64,000 nt of DNA from Octopus vulgaris (GCA_951406725.2 OX597839.1:29264001-29328000), one strand, 5' to 3'. Shown: positions 27,488 to 40,466, counted from the first letter of the stretch. Notes: generated from the letters alone by a model not told the origin. Program-made: numbers and translations.

Positions 27488-27576
27488 CATACACACTAAT
27501 GTATATATATATATATATATATAACTTAGAAAGGTTTTGGCCAGTATTGGGCCAGGCCATATCTAACTTAATAGCA

Positions 27577-27623
<47 letters not shown>

Positions 27624-29079
27624 GTGTGTGTTATATGTTAAAATAAATCATTATTATTAATATCAACGATTTATATTTGCCATAGGAACCGTTTTTAAGT
27701 TAATAATTGTTGGGAAGAAAATTTGAAAGTGTCAGTCTGTCTGTCTGTCTGTTCGTCCAAGAAGGAATTGGAGGTGGTGGCGGGGTGGAGAGAGAGAGAG
27801 ACAGAGAGGGAAGAGGAAGAATCAAGGAAGTAAACATCGATGTAGGAGGAGATGGGGACAAGTTGGAATTCGGAAGTAGACCGAAGAGAAGGTCTCTTGT
27901 GTGGTGCGTGTGTGTGTGTGGAGAGAGAGAGAGTGAAAATGTGAAGAAAGGGATTGATTGGAGAGAGAGAGAGAGAGAGAGAGAGAGGGCGAAAGAATGT
28001 ATGAGAGAGAAAGATAATGAAGTGCGCGCGTGTGTGTGTGTGTGGAGAGAGAGAGAGAGTGTGTGCAAAAGAGAAAAAGAGTGGTAAAGAGAGTATTAGA
28101 GAGCGGGATATAAATATATATATAAATAATAATAGGGTAATAAGAAATTTTCTACTGCTCTTTCTAGCACAAGGCTTTCCTATTTGGAAGCCTCTGATTG
28201 TATTTATATATATATATATAAAGCGTGTGTGAGAGAGTGTGTCTGAATGTGTGTGTGTGTGTGTGTATGCGTGTGTGTCGTGCGTAAAGAGACTAGGCAG
28301 AGGAGACAATGTGTGGGAAAGAAAGAGAGACAGAAAGCCGAGAGTGGAGACATGGATTAGTTAAATGGACAGAGGTCAAGAGAAGTAGGTGACCGAGGAG
28401 GGGAGAAAAAGAAACATTGCTAGCACAGGAAGCGATCCTCAGAGACAATTGCTTTAAGGTCACCACGTATCCGCCATCACCACCAGAACAAGACATCAGA
28501 CATCAAAAATAAACAAGCCCCGGTTACTGGGAGAAAGCCCCCCCGAAGCAGTCGATTAAGGTGCTAAAAATAACAGCCAAATTGCTATCAAATCCACGAT
28601 AGACAATGCCTAAATAACGGGATGATCATATTTGGATTGTCTTTGTGATCAACAGAAACAGTAATCCGACTTGGTAGTCGAAAAACCCAGCGATCACTTT
28701 AATATGTAAGCATGGTTGAGTGTGTACCTATCTATCTATCTATCTATCTATATCAAAGCATGTGAGTGTATGTATGTTTGTATGTATGTCTATCTATCTA
28801 TCTAAGCTTGTGTGTGTTTGTGTGTATGTATATATATATTAATAATAAAATATTAGGGAATAAATCCAAACTTACAGGGAAAAATCAGATTTAGGATTAA
28901 ATCCAATTTTATAGTATAAATATATTATATTATATTATATTAAATTAAATTAGAGATAAAACCACTATTAGGCAAATCAAACAATGAAAAACATAAGCCA
29001 ATACATAAAATTAATTAATTTATATTATTTTAAATATATATCAAAAGTATTAAAAGTTTAATAAAAGATAAAGAGTAAA

Positions 29080-29150
29080 ACACTACAATCGTTTCATGGC
29101 TGTACAATTCGTAATAATTCGAGTTATGGTTACAGTCAATCTTCAGGTTA
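29080..29150 (-). ncRNA. Degenerate type I hammerhead motif
   Basis: Minus strand: ac-CUGAAGA-uugacugua...uacagccau-GAAAC-gauu-GUA-gu. Core intact, but stem I is only ~2 bp and the base of stem II is U-U. Confidence 0.65.
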
Positions 29151-30453
29151 ATTGAAATATCTTAGCGAGGTTTAGCAATGAACTAAAATTTTGAATCGGA
29201 AAACGTCTTTACAGCGTTTATAAGAATACTCGTGGAATTACGTTATTAGCAAAAAAAAAAAAAAAAGAATAAATTGTTGAAGAATTATTAAGCGTGAGGA
29301 ACCTACGCTTTATCAATGAGATTGTGAATGGGAAAATTAATGGTTTATCATTGTAAATAGAATGAAGTCACAAATAAAGAATAAAATCTCTCTATACTAT
29401 AATATTTATTAATAAAATAACTATGATAAATAATACTTAATACAAAATAAATTAAATAATTTAAATGATTAAAACCACTAATTATTAAATATATTCTAAA
29501 AATCTTATATGATTAATAAATATATAAAAAAATTTATTTATATAGTAACCCCTCATCATACTATAAAGTCTTTCCCATGCTCTTATAGTTATAAGCTAAA
29601 ATTAGTGATCATAACCAAATCTATAAATACTTATCAAAATTTGTAGTATAACTATACATATGTATACATAAATATATAAAAAAATATACATACATATATA
29701 TATACATATATATATATATACATACATATATATATATATATACATACATATACATACACATACATACACACATACATACATATACATACATACACACATA
29801 TATACACACATACACATATGCACACACATACATACATGTACATACATACAATACTCAATATATACACATACACCTATATACACCCACCCACACACATAAA
29901 TAAATGTATATACATATATATATACACGCACATCAACATATACACATATATACATACACACACAACCACATATATCATATAATAAATACATATATAAATG
30001 TCATACTACAATACAAAATAGAGGTAAACATTAAGTTTAATCTAAATAATTAATCTACTAATCTAAACTTCTATATTAAATAAAATAGATTAAATAAACA
30101 ACTAAATAAATCTATTTCAAATATAAAGAGATTACATACAAATAGATTAATATAACAAAATTATAATTTAACGAAGTTATAACAGAAATATAACAAAATA
30201 TATAAAATAAATAAAATTGTAACTTACCAGGCTCTATATTCAATAAATCATTAAATATTTATTAAAAATATATTTAGTAATAAAATATTTAGTAATAAAA
30301 TGAACAACTATATATAATCTAACTATAATTAAAAACAGAACCTAAATAACTAAAATAAACTAATATAATAAGTACTACAAATCACCTGCTATATTTAGAA
30401 TACTATTACATAAAACAACAAATAGGGAGCTAATTAAGGCTAAGAAATATTCA

Positions 30454-31164
30454 TTATTTATCAAGAAATTTATTATATAAGTAAAGTAACTTGTGTCTGC
30501 ATTTTATTTTGCGCTCATCACAGGTATTCACTAAATTATCATGCTTATAAAATAAAATTTCCTTAAACTCATTTGAACATAAATAACAAAAATTCGCTCC
30601 TATACTATATGATTTAGCCTTACTAATTATTTCCCAAGATAAATTGTAATTAATATTTTGGGATTTAAGTCCCCAAATGTACTTGCTAAGTCCAGTGGAG
30701 TTGATTAAGTTTTTATTTTTAAATGAATGCATATGCTGTGCGATTCTTAATTTTATTTTAGAGGAAGTGGACCCTATATATATCGCGTTTGAGTTATTAT
30801 TATTCTTATTATTCTCATCATGTAATGTAACTATACATTTATACACTACATCGTTAATATCACATTTATTATTTAATTTACATTTAGTTTTATCTCTACA
30901 TGTACAGTTAATTAGTGTCTTATCTTTATTACTGGTATTATTATATAATTTATTTTTATAAAAATTATTCAGTTTAAATTTGTTAAAAGAAGAAATAATG
31001 TTACCTACACTATTAGTGGTGGAATAACCTACTCCAAAATTATTACTAGAGAAAATGTTTTTATATTTACGATTATCTCGAATAAATAGTTCAATAATAT
31101 CTAAAAACTCTTTAATAATGTTCGTTTTAACTTGAGCACCATAAGGAACTATTAACCAAATTTT
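30454..31164 (-). pseudogene. C-terminal part of Penelope-like ORF: post-RT region, Cys linker, GIY-YIG endonuclease
   Basis: Stop-free frame from 31164 (no start codon): KIWLIVPYGAQVKTNII..GYSTT..IISSFNK..NCTCRDKTKCKLNNKC..VVYKC..IYIGSTS..RIAQHMHSF..STGLSKYIWGLK..LSWEII..CYLCSNE..LVN..CRH*. It extends the 30454-30846 ORF by 106 codons. Confidence 0.9.
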
Positions 31165-31270
31165 ATATATATATATATATATATATAAATAATTAAATAA
31201 GGGTAGAAATTGATATTAATCAATTAAAACCAGTGGCCTAGCATATTTTTAAAAAATCCGAAGATTAAAA

Positions 31271-31321
<51 letters not shown>

Positions 31322-31481
31322 TATACATATATATATATATTCGTTTAGTGTTGACTATCAGAAAAAAAAAGAGTATTCGATATTATAGTATGGATTAATA
31401 ATATAATATTGTATTTTGGTCGAGTCATGTCACTCTCTTTTGCTACTCTGAATTTAGCCTGAGACTCTACAGAGTATACAG

Positions 31482-31519
<38 letters not shown>

Positions 31520-31739
31520 CTAAATACACACATATATAAGTAAAAAGATGACAAAGGAAGAAACGATTATCGTATTAAGAACTCCATTAGCTTACAACTG
31601 TCATCGTTTTTTCTTAAGACAGCCCAGTAGTACACAACCAACGCTTCGCTCAGAAGCATAATATATATGGAGTTCAACACCAGGTTAATACCATCACAAT
31701 ACCTCAGCATTACACACACACACTTGCCCATACTTTTTC

Positions 31740-31957
31740 TGGCAGAACCGTTAGCACGCTGGGCGAAATGCGTAACCGTATATTTCGTCTGCCGTTACGT
31801 TCTGAGTTCAAATTCCGCCGAGGTCGACTTTGCCTTTCACCCTTTCGGGGTCGATAAATTTAGTACCAGCTACGCACTGGGGTCGATATAATCGACTTAA
31901 TTCGTTTGTCTGTCCTTTCTTGTCCCCTCTATGTTTAGCCCCTTGTGGGTAATAAAA
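31740..31957 (+). mobile_element. Nin/Deu-domain SINE with TSD
   Basis: Same family; 11-bp TSD catactttttc (31729-31739, 31958-31968). Confidence 0.85.
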
Positions 31958-33337
31958 CATACTTTTTCCCAATTTTATGTGTGTGTGTGTATGTATATAT
32001 TTTTTGTTTGCCGTGACCGTCTAAATTGAAACACATTTGTTCTTTCATTTCTGTTTTTTTCTCTCTCTCTCTCCTCATCTATCCTTGCCACACAAGAGCG
32101 TAGGTTTAAAACACTAAAGGCTTCTTATTTTTCCTGAGCGTAAACCTAATACGCTAAGTATTTCTTCCTTTATCTTCCCTTTCTTTTTCTTTTTGTACCA
32201 TATAATATATATATACATTTCCATGTTATACACTCATACACATAAATACATATAATGTTTCTATTTTACATATAACATTAGTGAGAGATGGGAGGAGAAA
32301 GGCAGTTGCAGAGTACATCTGGTACATTCTAGGATAGAGCTAACAAGTGCTCCACTTATATATAAATATCAAAACATGTGTGTGTGTGTGTGTGTGTATC
32401 ATGTTCATCGGCATCATCATTTCAATGTCAACTTTTCCTTGTTTACATGGATCAGATGCAATTTGTCGAGGTAGATTTTCTACAGCCAGATGCTCTACCT
32501 GTCACCAACACTCAACTTATTTGAAGGCGAGGTATGAATAGATATTATTTTATGGAAGATCATAAATGAAGAGCATCTTCTAAATGAGTATCTCTGATAC
32601 TCATTTACAATAGGAGACACACACACTCACATTTTCATTGGCAGCTGGGGCTACAGTAGAAGGCACTTGCCCAAAGTACTCTGCAGTAGGACTGAACCCG
32701 AAACCACCTTGTTGGGAAGTGATTATCTTAACTATACAGCCATGCCTACATATGTGTGTGTGTGTGTGTGTGAATATATGAAGACGTGTGGCTCAGAGGT
32801 TAGGGCATTTGGCTCATAATTGTAAGGTCATGAGTTTGACATCTGGCAGTGCACTGTGTTCTTGAGCAAGACACTTTATTTCATGTTACTCCACTTCACT
32901 CAACTGGATCGTACCTGTAATACAAAGGGAGCCAGCCTTGTCACATTCTGTGTCACACTGAATCTCCCTGACAACGACATTAAGGGTACGCATGCCTGAG
33001 GTGTGTTGCTCAGCCGCTTGCACGTTAATTTCACGAGCAGGCTGTTCCATTGATCGGATCAGCTGGGACCCTCATTGTCATAAACAACGGAATGCCAGTT
33101 TCTCATGGATGACTATATAATTGTATGTTAGTCTACACACACACACACATTGACAGCAGCATTGTTTCAACACCCAGTTTTCTATACTTACAGGGGTCAA
33201 GTAAAATTAACTGATTCAAATTTTCTGTTGCCAAGCCCTCACCTCTTTCTAAGCAAAATATGTCCTCATGGTTTGACATGCTTCCAAAGAATGGAAACTG
33301 CTTGCATATACACACATTTACCTAACACACATACATA

Positions 33338-33500
33338 GGCGTAGGAGTGGCTGTGTGGTAAGTAACTTGCTTACGAACCACATAGTTCCGGGTTCAGTCC
33401 CGCAGTGTGGCACCTTGGGCAAGTGTCTTCTACTATAGCCTCGGGCCGACCAAAGCCTTGGGAGTGGATTTGGTAGACGGAAACTGTAAGAAGCTTGTCG

Positions 33501-33531
<31 letters not shown>

Positions 33532-33743
33532 ATATGTTTTTGTGTCTGTGTTTGTCTACCCCACCCAACATCGCTTGACAACCGATGCTGGTGTGTTTAT
33601 GTCCCTGTAACTTAGCAGTCCAGCAAAAGAGACTGATAGAATAAGTACTCGGCTTGCAAACAATAAGTCCTTGGGTCGATTTGCTCGACTAAAGGCGGTG
33701 CTCCAGTAACGCCGTAGTCAAATGACTGAAACAAATAAAAGAG
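33338..33743 (+). mobile_element. SINE family A copy
   Basis: Full head-to-tail match to family A. Confidence 0.85.
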
Positions 33744-33962
33744 TATATGCACACATACATATAGGCAAATGCAGGTATATCACATACCAGACAACATGAA
33801 TTCTTGATTCATTAAAATTATCTTTATCAGCAGAGGATGTGTCTTAATGACCAAATGCCAATTAAGTCTGGCTTCATATGAGATGGGGAACTAATCTCAA
33901 GGAATTTTCAAAAGTTGACATGCCTTCAAGAAAAAGGACAGGTTTATTGTCTGAAGAGGGCA

Positions 33963-34007
33963 GTTGTGAGCACATGTTTCTGCCTCAATAGGCTTCATCA
34001 GCACAAC
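33963..34007 (-). ncRNA. Minimal hammerhead motif with altered cleavage triplet
   Basis: Minus strand: guugug-CUGAUGA-a-gccu-auug-aggc-a-GAAAC-augu-GCU-cacaac. Stem I is a perfect 6 bp; U16.1 is replaced by C. Confidence 0.7.
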
Positions 34008-34179
34008 AATTGCCCCTAACCTATCTCCAGCAGCCAACAGACTTAGGGGCTTATACGAAATGACGAGAATGTATTTATGGCTGACATAATTTGCATAAAT
34101 GAAACAGAAATGCACCAAGAGAAATAACTCAGAGCGACTAGTAACAGATATTTGAACAGAGACAAATACAGACATCAAA

Positions 34180-34496
34180 TACAATACGATATTTCTGAGA
34201 TGAAGAATTCATATTATATCTACTGTTTGTACCAGTCAAATTGATGTTCTCATCTTGGTTGTTGCTTTTGTCTGCTCCAACCTTCTTCAGGTGTCTTGTC
34301 TGCAACTCAGTTGTTGTATCAGAATTTCGAACCTAACCCCTGAACCCCTGATTTGATCCATGGAGCTACACTTGTTTTGATACAACAAGTGAGTCCAACA
34401 CAAGACACCTGAAGAAGACCGGAGCATACAACAGCTGAAATGGAGTGAGAGCAACAATCAAGATGAGGACACCAGTTCAACTAATACAAATGGTAT
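34180..34496. mobile_element. Inverted pair of a PLE-terminal-like repeat with decayed hammerhead cores
   Basis: 34180-34323 (minus) and 34375-34496 (plus) both read acaagacacCTGAAGAag..ggagca....gcaacaa(t/c)caagatgag. Further copies at 56680-56770 and 56940-57070. Confidence 0.6.
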
Positions 34497-35548
34497 CTCT
34501 CTCTATATAAACGGCAGTTTGTCTGTGCGTGTTTCTGTGTGTCTGTTTTCTTGTACCCTCACCCTGACCACAGCTTTCAACCGGTGTCTTGTCTGCAACT
34601 CAGTTGTTGTATCAGAATTTCGAACCTAACCCCGAAAATTTTGAAAAGTTCCCCCAGTTCTGAAAAAAATCGATAAATTCGCAAACTGTCTAGGGGACGC
34701 AACTCCACCTTTTTAACTAAAAAAAAATTTACCATCATTTTTTCCATCTTTTGGCTATTTTTTGGCTATAACTCTCTAAAAATGCTTCAACTAATACAAA
34801 TGGTATACATAATATATACCAATCATCATCATCATCATCATTTAACGTCTGCTTTCCATGCTGGCATGAGTTGGACGGTTTGATTGAGGACTGGCGAGCC
34901 AGGAGGTTGCACCAAGCACCAATCTGATCTGGTAAGGTTTCTACAGCAGGGTGCCCTTCCTAATGCCAACCACTCCACGAGTGTAGTGGGTACTTTTTAC
35001 ATGCCACCAGCACAGGGGTCAGTCAGGTGGCACAGGCAGCAGCAACACTCAAATGGTGCTTTTTATGTGCCACTGGCACAGGTGCCAATCAGGCAGTACT
35101 GGCATCAGCCACAACGATTTCACTACCATACACACACACATAACACCTATATATTAGGCTTCTTTTAGTTTATCCCCCAAATCCCCCTTACAAAGCTTTG
35201 TTTGGCCTGGGACTATGACAGAAGATCATTGCCCTAGGTGCCACATAGTAGGACTGAACCTTGTATATTTAAGATCGTTTCCCAACCTCATGGTGTCAGG
35301 TTCAGTCCCACTGAGTGACACCTTGGGCAAGTGTCTTCTCCTTGGCCGACCAAAGCCTTAGGAGTGGATATGATATAAAGCAGTGTTTATTAACCGTTTT
35401 TTACCCATGGACCCCTTTGATTCCCATTTTATCTGAGTGGAACCCTCATAACAAGTCAATGTTTAAAATACCCTATTATATTTTTATTATTAAATATTAT
35501 TAGGGATTGTATGAAAAAGATTGCTAAAATGTTTTGTGTATTGTAGAA

Positions 35549-35811
35549 AATAAATAAATAAATGCGCCCTTTTAAAGCCTAGCCAGGCTCATGGGCCCGG
35601 TTTCGCGGTTTCTATGGCGTATGTGACCCTCAGCTGGACGGGACACCAGTCCATCGCAGTGTTACTCATTTTTGCCAGCTGAGTGGACTGGAGCAACGTG
35701 AAATGAAGTGTTTTGCTCAAGAACACAACGCGTCGCCCGGTCCAGGAATCGAAACCACAATCTTACGATCATGATGCTGACACCCTAACCACTAAGCCAC
35801 GCACCTCCACA
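35549..35811 (-). mobile_element. tRNA/CORE-like SINE with (TTTA)n tail, nested in a hAT MITE
   Basis: 12-bp TSD tgtattgtagaa (35537-35548, 35812-35823); head gtggaggtgcgtggcttagtggttag..ggtttcgattcc; ttgagcaaaacactt core. Confidence 0.85.
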
Positions 35812-36629
35812 TGTATTGTAGAAGTATAACTAATTTATCACATAAATTTTAACAAGTAAATTTTACATGGACCCTGGTTGTGAACCCCTGGCATAAAGGT
35901 AACCTGAAAGAAGTGTGTTTGTGTGTATGTATGTGAGAGAGAGAGATGTGTATGTGTGTGTTTGGGTCTCCTAGTCTTAATATTGCTTAATAGTTACAAA
36001 TGTAAGTCACTATCATTCAAGGAGTGTCATTTGCTTTTGAATCTTCAGTAGAAAACCTGTCCAGTCAGGGCATTTGGTCACAGAACATCTGTCTCAATAA
36101 ACTCTGTCTGACCCATGCAGACTCGGAAGGAGAAAGCGGCTGATGAGGTCCTGTTTGTGGTATCCAGCCAACCCATTCAAACGGTGGTATCTGAACCAGT
36201 CAAGAGCTGGTATGATGACTTCTTGAACAATACAAAAAGGGGGAAATGAAACCAAGCACCTGGCAGAGCTTGCAGGAAATAGATATATGTGTGGTATCTT
36301 TGGCAAATACAGAATCTGGTCCCTGCAGTTCACCAAGCTCTGTCTGCATTTAGATAATAGGATAAAGATCCTACTTGAGTCATATAAACTCATAGGGTCA
36401 ATTTCCCAGTTTTTGTGGTATATACCCCACCCCATCCCAACACCAGTGGACAGGATACAAAGGTCATTCATTTTTGCCTACTGAGTGGACAAAAGAAATG
36501 TGAAATGTAGTGTTTTTGCTCTCAAGAACACAATGCACCACCCGTTCCAGGAATTGAAAACCACAACCTTATGATCACGAGTCCAACACCCCTAACCACT
36601 AAGCCACGTGCATCCACCCCTGGCCTTTA

Positions 36630-36841
36630 CAAAGGAGTGCTGAAAAGTTCCTAGTTTTAAGGGTATCACAAAAGGAATGGCTGGAGACCCAACCTTCTGA
36701 GTTCTTTTACAGAGCTTAGAAAATCTGAAGGACCACTGCAATAAGTGGGAATCTGGGAGGGGAATAAGTTGAATAAAAATCATAACTGATCTTCCTGTAT
36801 TTTGTTTTACTCAAAGCCAGGAACTTTTCAGCACTCTCCCG
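36630..36841 (+). mobile_element. Mariner-derived MITE
   Basis: TA-flanked TIRs gagtgctgaaaagttcct / aggaacttttcagcactc; the interior retains a mariner C-terminal remnant (KEWLETQPSEFFY..). Confidence 0.8.
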
Positions 36842-38665
36842 TATGATATCTGCACTGGCACAGTGGAAATGGTTTGCTGTTCCATCTGGCCTCACTGATG
36901 TTGCCCTCTATTGTTGTTAAGAAAACTTAAGATACCCAAGAAGTCCTTCATGGAGAAGTACAAGATTAGAAAAACAAAGTTCTTAAGTATGTCTGAGGAT
37001 TGAAGGTGTAACACAGTGGGACTGAACCTGAGACCATGGGGTTGGGAAGAGAACCTCTTAAGTATAACTGGGTTCAGTCCCACTGCATGGCACCTTGGTT
37101 GAGTGTCTTTTACTATAGCCCAGGGCTGACCAAGTCATGGTTTTGAGATCAATCTAGCTTAAAATGGTCGGTTCAGGAGAAGGAGGTGATGAATGTGGTA
37201 AAAGGAGATTTTCAAGGTTAGAGAAATAATGCAAGCCTAAGGGCCAGGAGTAGGATCACTGGAATGGATGTGAAAGGTAAGAGAGAAAAAACAAAGAGAG
37301 GGATGGTAACAGAGGAGGTGAAAAGAGAAGAGGGTGGCGAAAGAATCCAGAAGGCAGTCCAGCAGGGGCCATTGGAGACAATGGACAGCATGAGAGAGAG
37401 TACTCTAAAGAAGAACCAATTGGGATGACACTTGGCTCCTCTTAGAGTCAGATTCATTCTGAAGTCTGTATATGACCTCTTGCCCTTGAAACACGTGTGT
37501 GTGTGTGTGTGTGTATATATATATCTACCTTGTGAAACGACTGAAATCAGATAACCCTGTATGCCCTGATCTGTTATGAGCACAAGCTCATAAGGGTTAC
37601 TTTTTGAGGCACAACCAAGTGCTTAACCTTTTAGCATTCACATTATTCTATGAAAAAAAATAATGCTTTTTTTTTTTACATTGTTTTGAATTAATCATGA
37701 ATTATCTTGAGTATTATTGTTTTAGAATGATATTGTAGGGTTGGTGCGAGAAGTCAGATCTGGTCAGTTTGAACATTAAACAGATTGAATATTTTGGCCC
37801 AGATATGGCTGGTTTAAATGCTAAATGGCTAACCCACTTCTACAATACAAACCCCCTGTTTTAAAGTGATCTAAATTGTGATCTTCCTCCAAAATTTCAT
37901 GCTAATTTATAATCCAAACACTTAATCGTGACAATGTTATTTTCATAGATTCTTCGTTATTTGCAAAACTTTTTGAAACAAAAGCAATGTAATTTAAGAG
38001 AAATGTGGTAATGACTGGGTTAAACAGGATGTAAATGCAATTTATACAGCAAGAGGAAGGGCTATGCCACCAGAAGCTCCGTTAATGATCTGTAGGACAG
38101 TTTGCGTAAAACTGTGGAAGGAACAGCTGTGCCACTCAGAACATGGAAACCAAGCTTATTGGGTGAAGTGGACAACTGAGAGGGCACAATGGATCTTCCA
38201 GTGCGTAAAAATGACATAGACCATCATCAAGAGAGTTATGAGATTGGATATTGTACTTCAATAACTTTGGCTGAAACAAGTGCCTAAATGAAATTGCTGG
38301 GTTACATGAAAGCAGAATAGAGAAGAAATCTCACTTCTACCAGACTGAGAAATGAGGCCATTTTAGCTGAAAAATGAAAGAAAATCTGTCTTTCAAGCCC
38401 AATGCTTTGCCAAGGAGTTGGGAACAAGGGCAATCATGGGCAAATCTTGTCAATGATCTCATGAAACAGTTCTCTCTGGAGAAAAGAGAGAACCAGGTAC
38501 TGAAAGAAAATGGCAGAAGGATCTGAGAAAGTGGCCAACAGCATAAGGAAGAATGAAAGGGGCAGTTTAGTAGGCATTAGTTACCCAACACACAACAGGT
38601 GTTTCATACAACAAAGGGGCAAGTTAGAATGCAACATGTTTGACAGTAATGGGGTATCAATGTTA

Positions 38666-38734
<69 letters not shown>

Positions 38735-38838
38735 CATACACACACCACGTACATACATAAATCTATATAGATACACACACATACAAAGATACATAGGACA
38801 CAGAGGAATATACATACTCACACACACACACACATATA

Positions 38839-39706
38839 CAGAGTGTGTTAGGTAAATTGTCTAATATATTTTTAATTTCACGCATGCAAATTGTTTGTTT
38901 TTGATTTTGTTGACTACACAGTGTAGTAGGGTCAGTTGGGCACTGTCTGTGAGAAAAACAGCACCACGATCGCAATTCACTCTGCCAGAAATTTGGAAAC
39001 AACATGTTGCACTGCTTGGTATTCATGGCAGAAGCTCCAATATGAACATTTCAGAATGTTTGGGTGTCAATCTGAAGACGTATACCGAGAGTGACAAAAA
39101 TCAGACATCCAGTCAACATCATGGTGTTTGGAGTGATCACTAGTGATGATGACATTATGCCTCCATTCATCTTCTCACACGGACTCAGATTCAATATCAA
39201 TGCCTGGAAGAGGTAGTGCTGCCCTAGGTCAAGAGGGTGGCTGCTGGAAGACCTATGTCTGGCAACAGGACTGCATCATGCAACGCAAGCAAGAGAACCC
39301 AGCCATGGCTGTCAGACTAATTCTGTAACCACAGCACCCCTAACATCTGGCCACCTAACTTCCCAAACAGCAAACCCCTTGATTATTTTGTGTGGGGTGC
39401 AGTTGAGCGAGAGACCAACAAAACTCCTTGTAACACCAAAGATGAATGAAGGCAAATATTATAGCGGCATTCACCAATTTAAACAAGGAGACCATCCAGA
39501 AGAATTGCAGGAGATTCTGACATCGTCTGGCGTCTGTGGTTGAAGCCAATGGCGATTTTATTGAATAAGTTTACTCTTCAGTATTTCAAGATATTTTTAT
39601 GTAATTTTGTTAATTCAAAATATTTTTATGTAATCTGTTCAAATGAGATGTCAGGGTTATTTTAATTTTAGCATAATTTAGACAACAGTTTATTCCCCAC
39701 ACCCTG
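38839..39706 (+). mobile_element. Internally deleted Tc1/mariner element of DD37D (maT-like) type
   Basis: TA-flanked termini cagagtgtg.. / ..cacaccctg. Decayed transposase: HPVNIMVFGVITSD..PPFIF..YVWQQD..WLSD..IWPPN.P..PLDYFVWGAVERETN..RLASVVEANGDFIE*. Spacing is 37 residues after restoring a 2-nt deletion. Confidence 0.88.
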
Positions 39707-40466
39707 TATATATAGTTATGTGGTCTCAGACACAAGTAGGGTAGTGGGTCACTTTTCAACCACATGGTTTTAGGTTCAGTGACATTGTGTGTTGCCCCAG
39801 ACAAATGTCTTCTACTATGGACCTGAGCTGCTCAAAGCCTAGTAAGAGAATATGGCAGATAGAAGTGAAAGTAGCTTGTGTGTGTGTGTCCTAGTCTTGA
39901 TACTGTGTGGTAATTGTAAGCAAGTGTCACCATCCTATCAGTGGTGTCTTTTTGTTTCCAATCTTCTGTAAATACATGTCAGGCCAAGGGAAGACATGGA
40001 ATTACTTGGAAACAAATGAGGGCTGGTGACAGGAAGGGCATCAGACCGGAGGTCATATGTCTCAACAGACTGCCTCTCGCCAATGCAAGCATAGAAGGAG
40101 GTGAATGTCGAAATGACGATAATGAGGATGCAAACACATGAGTGTGTGTGTGTGATGTGTGTGGTGAAGAAGGTTGATTCCTGACCAGTTCTATCAGAGA
40201 TAGTCACATTGAATGGCGTCTCAGGTAAGTTTCTTCTATTATAACTGCAAGATAACTATTACCTCGTTAGTGAACTGGGTGCAGGGAAACTGAATCACAC
40301 ACACACACACATACACAAGCAGGTATGCCTTTTGCCTTGACAACACAAGCAGTGTTCTTAATTAGTAATCTTCAATGAAAATCTATACACACATAAATGT
40401 ACATACATATATACATATATAAGTAATATGTACAAGCACATTCATTTGTCTATATACATATCTGTA

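Larger units (their letters stand above)
28838..31164 (-). mobile_element. 5'-truncated Penelope-like element (Neptune-type) inserted in (TA)n
   Basis: Contains an open GIY-YIG frame (30454-31164), an AT-rich 3' region and a hammerhead motif at 29080-29150; TA microsatellite on both sides. The left boundary is approximate. Confidence 0.85.

Noticed and set aside
38040-38640. Purine-rich unique-looking stretch, possible coding remnant (also 19070-19510 and 36150-36330)
   Set aside because: Multiple stops and no motif I can assign confidently; probably old LINE debris.
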